Shown: positions 9,943 to 19,293, numbered from the stretch's first letter. The stretch: DNA of 64,000 bases from Bacteroidia bacterium (GCA_965216465.1 CBDCFW010000001.1:64001-128000); one strand, 5' to 3'. Notes: generated from the letters alone by a model not told the origin. Program-made: numbers and translations.

Positions 9943-10304
9943 ATTGGTGGACGAATTATTGGTTGTTTGAAACCTTTAGTTTCGCCTTGATTGTATGGGA
10001 TAAAGTCAATTTCTAACCCGAAGTTAGAATAGGTTTCTAAACTATCCTCCGGAACAATAAAGTTTAGCACTTCAATAGAACCCGTAAATTCAGGTTCTTG
10101 GTCCTGAGTAGGTGTTTCACTTAGTGAAAGTGTTTTATTTAACTCACAATTCCCTTGACAGGTATTTTTTTCAAGGTCTTTTTCTAAACAAAGTTGCTTT
10201 ACGATTTCCGACTTATTAATTCCATACCAAGCAATGGCTCCAACCTTAAAGAAAAAGCTGCTCGATAGCACCAAAGCAAGACATATGGCAAGCGTAGATC
10301 GCAT
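9933..10304 (-). CDS. Small Cys-motif membrane/secreted protein ending in RPP (DUF2946/CruR-like leader protein)
   Basis: N-terminal hydrophobic segment, C-x9-C-x-G-x-C, C-terminal PIIRPPILS; TAACTTTG promoter at 10313-10320. Confidence 0.65.
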   Translation of the reverse strand: MRSTLAICLALVLSSSFFFKVGAIAWYGINKSEIVKQLCLEKDLEKNTCQGNCELNKTLSLSETPTQDQEPEFTGSIEVLNFIVPEDSLETYSNFGLEIDFIPYNQGETKGFKQPIIRPPILS

Positions 10305-10422
10305 TTAAGATACAAAGTTATTCCAATTGTTTTGGAAGTATACTTTCAGTGTGTAATATTCATCACATTTGCGAATGACATTTACCTTTTTTTAAGTTTT
10401 TCTTGCTTTGTATTTTTCTTTT

Positions 10423-10438
10423 ATCGTAATATTGCAAT
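10423..10438 (+). promoter_or_regulatory. Putative ArsR operator
   Basis: Imperfect palindrome ATCGTAAT|ATTGCAAT 8 nt upstream of the arsR ATG. Confidence 0.55.
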
Positions 10439-10446
10439 ATATAATT

Positions 10447-10776
10447 ATGGGAGTTACCAAATCAGACATATTTACCGATCAACAAAATCGATTGGCGACC
10501 GTTGCTAAGGTGCTTGGTCATCCCGCACGAATTGCAATTCTCGAATACATTATTCAACAGAATTCGTGCATTTGTGGCGACTTAGTTGATGAAATTGGTC
10601 TTGCACAAGCTACTATCTCTCAGCACCTTAAAGAGCTCAAGAACATTGGAATCATTAAAGGTTCGATTGAAGGTACCAGCGTTTGTTACTGCATTAACCA
10701 AGAGACATGGAATGAGGTAAATGACCTGCTTGCTAACTTTTTTAAACTACAATTTAACTCAATCAATTGCTGCTAA
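10447..10776 (+). CDS. arsR: ArsR/SmtB family repressor
   Basis: KVLGHPARIAIL, CICGDL, LAQATISQHLKEL, terminal CC; start moved to ATG 10447. Confidence 0.92.
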   Translation: MGVTKSDIFTDQQNRLATVAKVLGHPARIAILEYIIQQNSCICGDLVDEIGLAQATISQHLKELKNIGIIKGSIEGTSVCYCINQETWNEVNDLLANFFKLQFNSINCC

Positions 10777-10780
10777 ATTT

Positions 10781-11260
10781 ATGAAGCTATCTGAACTACA
10801 AAACGCACTAGAAAGTCTAGATCACGTTAATTTCATTCTTCCTGATGGAAGCTTTGTTCCTCGACACTACCACCTTACTGAAATTGGTTTAAGCACAAAG
10901 GAATTTATTGACTGCGGAACGCAACGCCACTCCGTAAAAAAAGTAACCCTGCAACTCTGGGTAAATGTCGATTACGATCATCGTCTAAAGGCCGACAAGT
11001 TTCAACGCATAATCAATAGCTCTTCTGCCCTATTTAATGGCGAAGACCTTGATGTTGAAGTTGAATATCAAAGTCAAACCGTCGGCAAATACAATCTTGA
11101 CTTCGACGGTCATAACTTCCGCTTACTCACAACTAAAACAGATTGTTTGGCCACTGAACTTTGTGGAATAGACAGTATTAAATCAAAAAAGAAAGTATCT
11201 CTGGCTACTCTCTCTCCTAGTGCAGAATCTTGCTGCACTCCCGGAGGAGGATGTTGTTAA
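10781..11260 (+). CDS. DUF6428-like ars-operon protein with Cys-rich tail
   Basis: HYHLTEIG, FIDCG, LQLW, TDCLA, terminal CCTPGGGCC; start ATG 10781. Confidence 0.75.
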   Translation: MKLSELQNALESLDHVNFILPDGSFVPRHYHLTEIGLSTKEFIDCGTQRHSVKKVTLQLWVNVDYDHRLKADKFQRIINSSSALFNGEDLDVEVEYQSQTVGKYNLDFDGHNFRLLTTKTDCLATELCGIDSIKSKKKVSLATLSPSAESCCTPGGGCC

Positions 11261-11266
11261 TCAATC

Positions 11267-11872
11267 ATGCATGATCAACTATTAAAATTTGTTTCGAGCC
11301 TCTCGTTCGATTCAATTTCTGAGGAAAGAAGGGCAGATCTGCACCAGCTTTCCAATTACATAAAGCAAAAAAAATCTGCAAACGAAATAGTTCAACTCAA
11401 TTTCATTTGCACACATAATTCAAGAAGAAGTCACTTGGGCCAAATTTGGGCTCAAGTGGCTGCTTACCACTATGGCGTTGTCCATGTTTTTTGCTATTCA
11501 GGAGGAACTGAAGCAACTGCCATGTTCCCAAAAATTGCCGAAACGCTCACCAACACTGGCTTTAAAATTACAGCAGAAGACAATATCTCAAACCCAAAGT
11601 ATGCCATTCAATTTGCTACCAATGCAGAGCCTATTACCGCATTTTCTAAAGTTTATGATGATGAATTCAATCCAAAGAGCAACTTTGCAGCTATTATGAC
11701 CTGTGATCATGCCGATGCAAATTGTCCTTTTATTCCCGGAGCTGAAGCACGCATTTCACTAACCTATGAAGACCCTAAGGCATTTGATAATTCTCCTTTA
11801 CAAAATGAAAAATACGCTGAGCGATCTAAACAAATTGCAACCGAGCTGTTTTATGCATTTTCAATTCTATAA
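11267..11872 (+). CDS. arsC: LMW-PTP-fold arsenate reductase
   Basis: FICTHNSRRS P-loop, MTCDHADANCP, YEDPK; located in the ars operon. Confidence 0.85.
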   Translation: MHDQLLKFVSSLSFDSISEERRADLHQLSNYIKQKKSANEIVQLNFICTHNSRRSHLGQIWAQVAAYHYGVVHVFCYSGGTEATAMFPKIAETLTNTGFKITAEDNISNPKYAIQFATNAEPITAFSKVYDDEFNPKSNFAAIMTCDHADANCPFIPGAEARISLTYEDPKAFDNSPLQNEKYAERSKQIATELFYAFSIL

Positions 11873-11875
11873 TTC

Positions 11876-12904
11876 ATGAAGAAAAAATTAAGCTTTTTAG
11901 ATTCTTACCTTACCCTTTGGATATTTATAGCCATGGCCATTGGTGTTGGTTTGGGGTACTTTTTCCCAAGTATACCAGATGTTATTAACTCTTACAGTTC
12001 AGGCTCAACGAATATCCCTATTGCAATTGGATTAATTCTGATGATGTATCCTCCCTTAGCAAAGGTCGATTACAAGCTTCTTCCCAAAGTATTTAAGAAT
12101 GTCAAAATCCTTTCTATATCACTGATACTGAATTGGGTGATTGGTCCTGTTTTAATGTTTGTTTTGGCACTTACGTTTCTTCAAGACTATCCTGAATATA
12201 TGGTGGGCTTGATTTTAATCGGTCTGGCAAGATGTATTGCGATGGTTTTAGTATGGAACGACCTAGCAGAAGGAAGTAGCGAATATGGTGCAGGACTAGT
12301 AGCGCTAAATAGCATATTTCAGGTTTTTGCATACAGTTTTTATGCATGGCTATTCATCACCAAACTTCCTCCATTGTTTGGGTTTGACGGGGCCATTGTC
12401 GACATTTCAATAGCTACAATAGCAGAAAGCGTTGCGATTTACTTAGGAATTCCATTTTTAGCAGGAATGCTCACCCGTTTAATCTTGGTCAAGCAAAAAG
12501 GAGAAGAATGGTACACTAAGAAGTTTATTCCTTCAATCTCTCCAATGACTCTGATAGCCTTGTTATTTACAATTGTTGTTATGTTCTCATTGAAAGGAGA
12601 ATTAATTGTAACCATACCATTTGATGTGCTACTAATTGCAGTTCCATTATTGCTTTACTTTACCATTATGTTCATCATTGGCTTCTTTTTCAGTAAAGCC
12701 ATGGGTGCTGAGTACGATAAGAATGCATCTATAGCATTTACCGCAGCCGGCAACAACTTTGAGTTAGCTATTGCGGTTGCCATTGCTGTGTTTGGATTAA
12801 ACTCAGGACAGGCGTTTGCAGGTGTTATAGGACCGCTCGTTGAAGTGCCTGCGTTAATTCTATTGGTGCGTGTGGCATTCTGGTTAAAAAAGAAGTACTA
12901 TTGA
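11876..12904 (+). CDS. acr3: ACR3 family arsenite efflux transporter
   Basis: [39 protein letters not shown]. Confidence 0.95.
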   Translation: MKKKLSFLDSYLTLWIFIAMAIGVGLGYFFPSIPDVINSYSSGSTNIPIAIGLILMMYPPLAKVDYKLLPKVFKNVKILSISLILNWVIGPVLMFVLALTFLQDYPEYMVGLILIGLARCIAMVLVWNDLAEGSSEYGAGLVALNSIFQVFAYSFYAWLFITKLPPLFGFDGAIVDISIATIAESVAIYLGIPFLAGMLTRLILVKQKGEEWYTKKFIPSISPMTLIALLFTIVVMFSLKGELIVTIPFDVLLIAVPLLLYFTIMFIIGFFFSKAMGAEYDKNASIAFTAAGNNFELAIAVAIAVFGLNSGQAFAGVIGPLVEVPALILLVRVAFWLKKKYY

Positions 12905-12976
12905 CTTTACTCATATTCGAGGCTGATATTCTGAATTGGTCATTATCTTACAGTAAGATTTATTTACTTTGCCGCA

Positions 12977-13937
12977 ATGAGTGCAAGACGCGAAGAGCTG
13001 CTTAAAGCTATTGACGAAAAATATAAGGCAATGGGACAAGATCCAGATGTTCATTTATCTGGCCTTCTACATGCAGAACCTATGAAGTACTGGGATTTTA
13101 TTCAAGTGGATGCCCTTTTAGGTTTGCAAACCCAACGTACCCAACTTCCTGATGAAATGGTGTTTATCATGTACCATCAAATCAATGAATTGTTGTTTAA
13201 AATGATTTTGTGGGAAATGGGTCAAATATCTCACACTGAAGATATTAAGCCTGAAAAATTTACCATGCACTTGATGCGTATTTCGCGTTATTTCGACATC
13301 CTTTCAGACTCGTTCGATGTTATGGGAGAAGGTATGGAGCTTGAACAATACATGAAGTTCCGCGATACCTTAACTCCTGCTAGTGGATTTCAATCAGCTC
13401 AATACAGAATGATTGAAATTGCTTCCACGGAATTAATCAACTTAATCGACAACCGATTTAGAGCTACTATCGACCGTAACACGCCTGTATGAGCATGCTT
13501 TTGAGCACATGTATTGGCAAGCGGCTGGTAAAGACTATGATACTGGCAAGAAGAGCAAGTTAATGACCAACTTCGAAGAGAAGTACAAGAAAAAACTTAT
13601 CGATCATATGATCGAATTCAATACCGTTAATCTTTGGACCAAGTTTAAACAACTTCCTCAAGACTACCAACAGAATATTGACCTTGTGAATGCCATGCGT
13701 CATTACGACCAGACTGTGAATGTGAGCTGGACAATGCATCACTTAAATGCGGCTAAAAAGTATTTAGGTGATTCTGAAGCTACCGGCGGAAGCGATTGGC
13801 AGAAATACATGCATCCTAAATACCAAAGAAGAATTTTCTTCCCAGGTCTATGGTCTCAAGAGGAGCTTGACGGTTGGGGCATTGACAATCTTGATGGTTG
13901 CAAGGTGCTTACCGAGCTACACTCCAAACTGAGTTAG
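12977..13937 (+). pseudogene. kynA: Tryptophan 2,3-dioxygenase split by a +1 frameshift at 13486-13487 (pseudogene or sequencing error)
   Basis: DEMVFIMYHQINEL and LTPASGFQSAQYR lie in the first ORF, ATGGSDW in the second. Removing one base from CCTGTATGAG restores ...NTPYEHAFEHMYWQAAG. Confidence 0.85.
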
Positions 13938-14378
13938 ATGATGGTCTAAGTGTTTGGCGTACATCACATTCCATTCTTCTGCGGTCAACACACCAAAACT
14001 GTGGTATTCTTTGCCTTCAAAGTGACCACTTCCTAAATCGTGAAATTGATTGATAAAGTTAATTAACCTGGCTTTTTCAGCTTCAAAATTCTTTTCCAAG
14101 GTTTGCTTAAAATCAGGTCCGGTAGGGGAATTTCTTTTATAGGGCTGAGTTCCAACAGTGCCTTTCTTCAAAAACATGCGCAACAACTTTTGCTTGATTT
14201 TACCTGGCCATGCATACTTCCCGCGTTCAAATTCATATTCGAAAGGCACATTGCAGTGTGCAAGCATCTGAGAAACAGACATTTTACCCCATTGCGGCTG
14301 GGTCGAATCGGTTAACGAATCTATCCTAGTAATTACTTGATTTTTCTCTTCTGGGTTGTATAGATTCGGAATACTCAT
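13917..14378 (-). CDS. DUF1569/DinB-like protein
   Basis: PQWGKMSVSQMLAHC, HSFGVLTAEEW, KHLDHHLTQFGV. Confidence 0.85.
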   Translation of the reverse strand: MSIPNLYNPEEKNQVITRIDSLTDSTQPQWGKMSVSQMLAHCNVPFEYEFERGKYAWPGKIKQKLLRMFLKKGTVGTQPYKRNSPTGPDFKQTLEKNFEAEKARLINFINQFHDLGSGHFEGKEYHSFGVLTAEEWNVMYAKHLDHHLTQFGV

Positions 14379-15709
14379 TACAATAATTCGTTTGCTAAGT
14401 TAGCCAATTCACTTCTTTCACCTTTTTCAAGGTTAACGTGACAGAATAAAGGATGGTTCTTTACCTTATCAATTAAGTATGAAAGTCCATTACTTTCTGC
14501 ATCAAGATATGGGGTGTCAATTTGGTTGATATCTCCGGTAAAGACAATCTTGGTGTTTTCACCAGCACGGGTGATAATCGTTTTAATCTCGTGCGGAGTT
14601 AGGTTCTGAGCCTCATCTACAATAAAAAACACATTGCTTAAGGTACGACCTCTAATGTAGGCGAGCGGAGCAATAGCAATCTTCTCTGACTGAACCATTT
14701 CGTTAATACGCTTAAACTCTTTGTCAGTCTCTTTGTATTGGCTTTTAATGAACTTTAAGTTGTCCCAAATAGGTTGCATGTATGGGTCAACTTTTGCGTT
14801 AGCATCACCGGGCAAGAATCCAATATCTTTATTGCTTAAGGGTACAATCGGCCTCGTAATATAAATTTGATGAAAACTGCTTCGTTGTTCTAACGCTGCT
14901 GCAAGAGCCATAAGCGTTTTACCTGTTCCTGCTACACCGCGTAGTGTAATCAACTTAATCTCTGGATCTAAAAGTGCATGAATAGCAAAGGCTTGCTCTG
15001 CATTTCTTGGTTTGATCTTATAAACCGTTCTTTTCTCTACACGCTCAACCAGATTCTCCTTAGAGTTATAGTAACCCAGAGCAGATTTCTTACCGTTGTT
15101 TAGAATCAAAAAATGATTGTACGGCAGCTTCTTCTTAGTAACACTTTTTATAGGAATATTCTCCTCGCTAAACAATTGGTCTATCACTTCAGACTCGATA
15201 TCAGGCATTATCGATTTTCCGGTGTATAGTTTATCGACATCAGCAACTTTTCCTGTTTGGTAATCTTCTGCGTTCAGATTAAATGCTTTAGCCTTTACCC
15301 GCAAACAGATGTCTTTAGATACCAATACCACCATTCTCTTAGGATTCTCCTGTTGAAGGGATAAAGCAGCGTTAATAATCTTGTTATCGTTTTTGTAGTC
15401 ATCGAATGTGTCTGCCGCATTGTTTTTAAGCCCTGCTATCTCTTTAACTACTTTAAGCTTCCCCTTACTCTTCCCTCCTATTTTAACCCAATTGTTGAGC
15501 AGTGAATCAGAAGAAATGGTATTCAAGAATCGTATAAAACTGCGGGCTTCATAATTCTTTGAATCACCCCCTTTTTTAAATGTGTCGAGTTCTTCTAGTA
15601 CTTGAATCGGAATCGCAACATCATTGTCGACGAAGTTATATATTGAGTTATGATCGTAAAGAATAACAGAAGTATCCAATACGAAAATCTTTTTCTTGCT
15701 AGCAGCCAT
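14378..15709 (-). CDS. PIN-PhoH family ATPase (PhoH2/YlaK-like)
   Basis: N-terminal PIN (FVLDTSV, DNKI, SKDICLR), Walker A GVAGTGKT, GFLPG, RGRT, VDEAQN. Confidence 0.92.
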   Translation of the reverse strand: MAASKKKIFVLDTSVILYDHNSIYNFVDNDVAIPIQVLEELDTFKKGGDSKNYEARSFIRFLNTISSDSLLNNWVKIGGKSKGKLKVVKEIAGLKNNAADTFDDYKNDNKIINAALSLQQENPKRMVVLVSKDICLRVKAKAFNLNAEDYQTGKVADVDKLYTGKSIMPDIESEVIDQLFSEENIPIKSVTKKKLPYNHFLILNNGKKSALGYYNSKENLVERVEKRTVYKIKPRNAEQAFAIHALLDPEIKLITLRGVAGTGKTLMALAAALEQRSSFHQIYITRPIVPLSNKDIGFLPGDANAKVDPYMQPIWDNLKFIKSQYKETDKEFKRINEMVQSEKIAIAPLAYIRGRTLSNVFFIVDEAQNLTPHEIKTIITRAGENTKIVFTGDINQIDTPYLDAESNGLSYLIDKVKNHPLFCHVNLEKGERSELANLANELL

Positions 15710-15755
15710 ATATTATTAACTGCAAGTTAGCAACTACGCCGTAATTGAACCTAAA

Positions 15756-15771
15756 TGTTATTTAGATGTAA
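15756..15771 (-). promoter_or_regulatory. Pho-box-like direct repeat upstream of the phoH-like gene
   Basis: TGTTA (15756) and TGTAA (15767) at 11-bp period; weaker copy of the 17981/19221 motif. Confidence 0.45.
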
Positions 15772-15785
15772 ATAACTCTTATAAT

Positions 15786-15818
15786 AAAAAAGGCTCAGGA
15801 ATATTCCCGAGCCTTTTT
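15786..15818. terminator. Intrinsic terminator after the Na/Pi cotransporter gene
   Basis: AAAAAAGGCTC-A-GGAATATTCCC-GAGCCTTTTT hairpin. Confidence 0.8.
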
Positions 15819-15839
15819 AGGTTTTATAAAAAATTACCT

Positions 15840-17945
15840 CTAGTTTAGGTTAATTCCACTTGCAGCTTCTGAGACATTAATAATGTGGTCTCCAATTCGT
15901 TCAAGTGATGAGAAGATGTTGCTGTACATTAAGCCGCTTTGTGCATTGTAATCGCCATCTTCCATGCTCTTGAGGTGCTTTTTACGAACTTTATTTCGCA
16001 TGTCATTTAGATCACGCTCGATGTTTCTTGCAGATTCCATATTGATATCTGAGTACGCACCGTTCAAGTTTGCAATCATTTGTTCGAATGCTTCATCTAC
16101 CTTATTGAACAATAAATCTAAGCTATCGCGCTGCTTTTGATCAAACCAAAGTTTAGCAGAAGCTTTCTTTTCGATTGTTTTAGAAATTTCGAAGAATATG
16201 TCTCCTATTCGCTCAAGGTCATTAGTAATACTCAGCATTGATCTTAAGTCAGAAGAAGAATCTTCAGAAAGTTTGCTTGAAGATACATTACCCAAGAATG
16301 ATGCAATTTCTGTTTCTAGTCTGTCGGTAATGTCCTCATACTTGCCAATTTTCTTGATTAGTTTTGAACGTTTTTTCTCGTCAGTTTCATGAATCAAGCT
16401 TCTTGCTTTACCACTCATGCGGTATGTGATGTCGGCAAACTGAGCAACCTCTTTTTTCGCCTCTAAAATAGACAATTCGGGAGTTGATGTTAATCCACCA
16501 GAGATATATTCCAGTTTAAAGATTTCATCATCTTCACCTTTAGACTTCACTGTACGCTCAGCGACTTTAACAAGCCAGGGCGTAAACCAAATCAACAACA
16601 ATACGTTCGTTAAGTTAAATGTGGTGTGGAACGCTGCAAGTCCTAATGTCGCACCTTCTCCTCCTTCAAAAGGATTGGTTCCTACCCATGAATCCATAAC
16701 ATTGCTAATACCTGCTAAGAAGAATGGCATTAAGATTACCATCCAAGTAACCCCTATAATATTAAACATCGAGTGAATTCTTGCAGATCGTTTTGCGTGA
16801 ACATTACCGACCAGCGAAGCAAGTTCAGCGGTAATTGTTGTACCTATATTCTCTCCAAGAATCATTGCCGCTCCAACATCGAATGGAATAATTCCTTTTA
16901 ATACCATCGTAAGTGTTAAGGCCATCGCAGCACTTGAAGATTGTACAACTATTGTTACCAGTGTTCCTAGCAATACAAAAGCAATTCTTCCTAAGAATGG
17001 AGAGTCACTAAACTGAGTAAAGAACAATACAATCGGTGAATCCGCATCTAATTCTGGAACAGAGTTTTTAAGGAAACCAAGTCCCATAAATAAGATAGCA
17101 AATCCAATAATGGCGTTACCCCAACCTTTATAGTTCTTTCTCGAAATGAACATAAATGGAGCACCAATTGCAATAAATATCAAGGCGTAGCTCGATAAGC
17201 TAATTTTAAATCCAAATAATGATACAAGCCATCCTGTAATTGTTGTACCGATGTTCGCTCCCATCATAACACCAGCACTTTCAACCAAAGTAAGTAAACC
17301 AGCGTTTACAAAACTCACGGTCATTACGGTTGTTGCAGACGACGATTGAACCAGTGCAGTGATTAAGAAACCACTTAATACACCAAAGTAACGGTTCGAA
17401 GTCATTGTGCTAAGAATTTTTCTTAGGCTTCCTCCGGCAGTTTGCTGTAAACCTTCACTCATCAACTTCATACCGAAAATGAACAAGGCAAGTGATCCTA
17501 AAAGAACTAAAACTTTATATAGGCCCCAAGCTCTTTCGGTTTTGTATTTTCCTTTATCAGACCATACCATGTCTTCAGACTCTGGTACACCATTTTTAAG
17601 AACTGCATTAATGTCGCTCCCGTCGGCCATACAACCAATTTTCCAGACATACTTTTCGCCACCCTTCATTCCATCAAGTTTAAATGATGTTTCAGAGGCG
17701 TCGATTACGGGTGAATACTTCCAAGGCTTTCCTTTTTCAATCTTTTTCTGGTACTTGATGATCACATTTTTAACCTGATCAACATTGTCACAGTCAACAG
17801 TCCAAGTGAATTTCGCTCCTTCTTCAATTCCCTTGGCATTGGTGTTAATAAAGATTTCTTCAGAAATTTGATTTTCAGCTTGGGCAAATAGCGGAAGCAT
17901 GAATAAGCTCGCCAGCCCAAGAAAGATGATTGATTTCAGTTTCAT
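15840..17945 (-). CDS. Na+/Pi cotransporter (NptA family) with extra N-terminal soluble domain and C-terminal PhoU-like domains
   Basis: Two QSSS repeats, GANIGTT/GENIGTT, DLERIGD; start moved to ATG 17945. Confidence 0.93.
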   Translation of the reverse strand: MKLKSIIFLGLASLFMLPLFAQAENQISEEIFINTNAKGIEEGAKFTWTVDCDNVDQVKNVIIKYQKKIEKGKPWKYSPVIDASETSFKLDGMKGGEKYVWKIGCMADGSDINAVLKNGVPESEDMVWSDKGKYKTERAWGLYKVLVLLGSLALFIFGMKLMSEGLQQTAGGSLRKILSTMTSNRYFGVLSGFLITALVQSSSATTVMTVSFVNAGLLTLVESAGVMMGANIGTTITGWLVSLFGFKISLSSYALIFIAIGAPFMFISRKNYKGWGNAIIGFAILFMGLGFLKNSVPELDADSPIVLFFTQFSDSPFLGRIAFVLLGTLVTIVVQSSSAAMALTLTMVLKGIIPFDVGAAMILGENIGTTITAELASLVGNVHAKRSARIHSMFNIIGVTWMVILMPFFLAGISNVMDSWVGTNPFEGGEGATLGLAAFHTTFNLTNVLLLIWFTPWLVKVAERTVKSKGEDDEIFKLEYISGGLTSTPELSILEAKKEVAQFADITYRMSGKARSLIHETDEKKRSKLIKKIGKYEDITDRLETEIASFLGNVSSSKLSEDSSSDLRSMLSITNDLERIGDIFFEISKTIEKKASAKLWFDQKQRDSLDLLFNKVDEAFEQMIANLNGAYSDINMESARNIERDLNDMRNKVRKKHLKSMEDGDYNAQSGLMYSNIFSSLERIGDHIINVSEAASGINLN

Positions 17946-17980
17946 TTGATTTTTTAGGGTTTGCAAAAAACTATTTATTG

Positions 17981-17997
17981 TGTTACCTCAATGTTAA
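17981..17997 (-). promoter_or_regulatory. Pho-box-like direct repeat upstream of the Na/Pi cotransporter
   Basis: TTAACATTGAGGTAACA, identical to 19221-19237. Confidence 0.7.
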
Positions 17998-18008
17998 ATC
18001 GGCAAAAT

Positions 18009-19196
18009 TTATATCCCAACCTCAACTTGGAATCTGATTCTATAATCACCACCAGAAACTCCTTCTTGAGTGATGAATGCTGCATCAGACTGTACTTTCA
18101 GCTTGTGATCTACAATGTATTTAGATACACAAAAAGTGTACTCGGTTGTCTTACTCAGGTCGCCAGCTCCTTTTGCCAAATCAACTGAAGTGTAACGGCC
18201 CGCAATCTCGTAATTATTTTCGAATAAATATCCTGCTTGAGCAACATATCCTGAACCATGCGTAAAAGCATTGATATTTTCTTTCAATTGCTTGTTTGCA
18301 TACTCAGCCATCACGCTAAACCCTTTGTATTTATACATTAAATCTATAAATAATGTAGATATATCATTAAATGCATAGTCAGAGGTCGGCAATCCTAGTG
18401 TATCTAACTCATAAACAAAGCTTCCCAGTTGACCACCACTTCGAGTTGTGTTTTGGTTGTAGCAGTAAGTTACCCCAACAGCAAGCTTTTGACTTTGCTC
18501 TCTTTTAAGGTCAGCACCAAAGTAATCACCTTTTTTAGTGAACTTTCCAAATGGGTAGAATTCAGCTCTACCTGTATAAGATAAGCCGTTCATTTCGTTG
18601 TTAACCGTAATATTTCTTCCTTCTCCTGTGGTAATTGCTCCTGCAAGCGTTAATGGCATGTCGCCAATCGACTGCTTGCTTCTGAACTGAACCCCGAAAT
18701 CACGATCGATATTAAACTTGCTATTTACATTACTTCGATCAACAAATTGTAGTGCCATAGATGAAATAACACGCTCACGATTACCTGGTAACTTAGTTTG
18801 ACCAAACCACACTTGATTTTTATTATTCATATGGTATTTGAAAACCGCATCAAGAACTGCTTTTGCACCGTTGTTGGTTTGAGCTTCATCTCTACCATTG
18901 CCTAAGTCTCTATTACTTAAAGCAATCTCTAATTTGTACTCAAACTTTGGATCAAAGATGTATCCGTTGGTTTTAAGTCGCATACGACGAATCATTGCTT
19001 TCATATCAGAATCATCACCGTCCATGTTATTTTGGTATGAAGCTAAACTCTGAAGTCTGAAGCTAACTTTCATTTTAACACTCGTATCCTTTGAAGTGAT
19101 TGACAAACCTTTTGCAGCACTTGGATAATTTACTTGAGCATAAACATTACTTGAAAATAATGTTAGTGCTAAGATTAGTTTATTAACGTGTTTCAT
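18009..19196 (-). CDS. Phosphate-selective porin (OprO/OprP-like)
   Basis: Signal peptide, IRRMRLK, LDA, GQTKLPGNRERVISS, LQFVDRS, DRDFG; adjacent to the Pi transporter; start ATG 19196. Confidence 0.85.
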   Translation of the reverse strand: MKHVNKLILALTLFSSNVYAQVNYPSAAKGLSITSKDTSVKMKVSFRLQSLASYQNNMDGDDSDMKAMIRRMRLKTNGYIFDPKFEYKLEIALSNRDLGNGRDEAQTNNGAKAVLDAVFKYHMNNKNQVWFGQTKLPGNRERVISSMALQFVDRSNVNSKFNIDRDFGVQFRSKQSIGDMPLTLAGAITTGEGRNITVNNEMNGLSYTGRAEFYPFGKFTKKGDYFGADLKREQSQKLAVGVTYCYNQNTTRSGGQLGSFVYELDTLGLPTSDYAFNDISTLFIDLMYKYKGFSVMAEYANKQLKENINAFTHGSGYVAQAGYLFENNYEIAGRYTSVDLAKGAGDLSKTTEYTFCVSKYIVDHKLKVQSDAAFITQEGVSGGDYRIRFQVEVGI

Positions 19197-19220
19197 TCTG
19201 GCGCAAAACACTATTGTCAA

Positions 19221-19247
19221 TGTTACCTCAATGTTAATAATATATTA
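19221..19247 (-). promoter_or_regulatory. Pho-box-like direct repeat upstream of the porin
   Basis: Plus-strand TGTTA at 19221 and 19232, TATTA at 19243 (11-bp period). Confidence 0.7.
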
Positions 19248-19293
19248 ACGTTAATAACTTTTGTATAACATCATTTTAAGTGTAATTTGCTTT

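Noticed and set aside
13481-13495. Programmed +1 frameshift in kynA
   Set aside because: No slippery run or re-pairing codon (GUA to UAU) at the junction; a simple insertion or sequencing error is more parsimonious
13917-15709. PIN-PhoH plus small coupled gene as a toxin-antitoxin pair
   Set aside because: The small gene is downstream and DinB/DUF1569-like; PIN-PhoH is a widespread conserved gene and no upstream antitoxin ORF is evident
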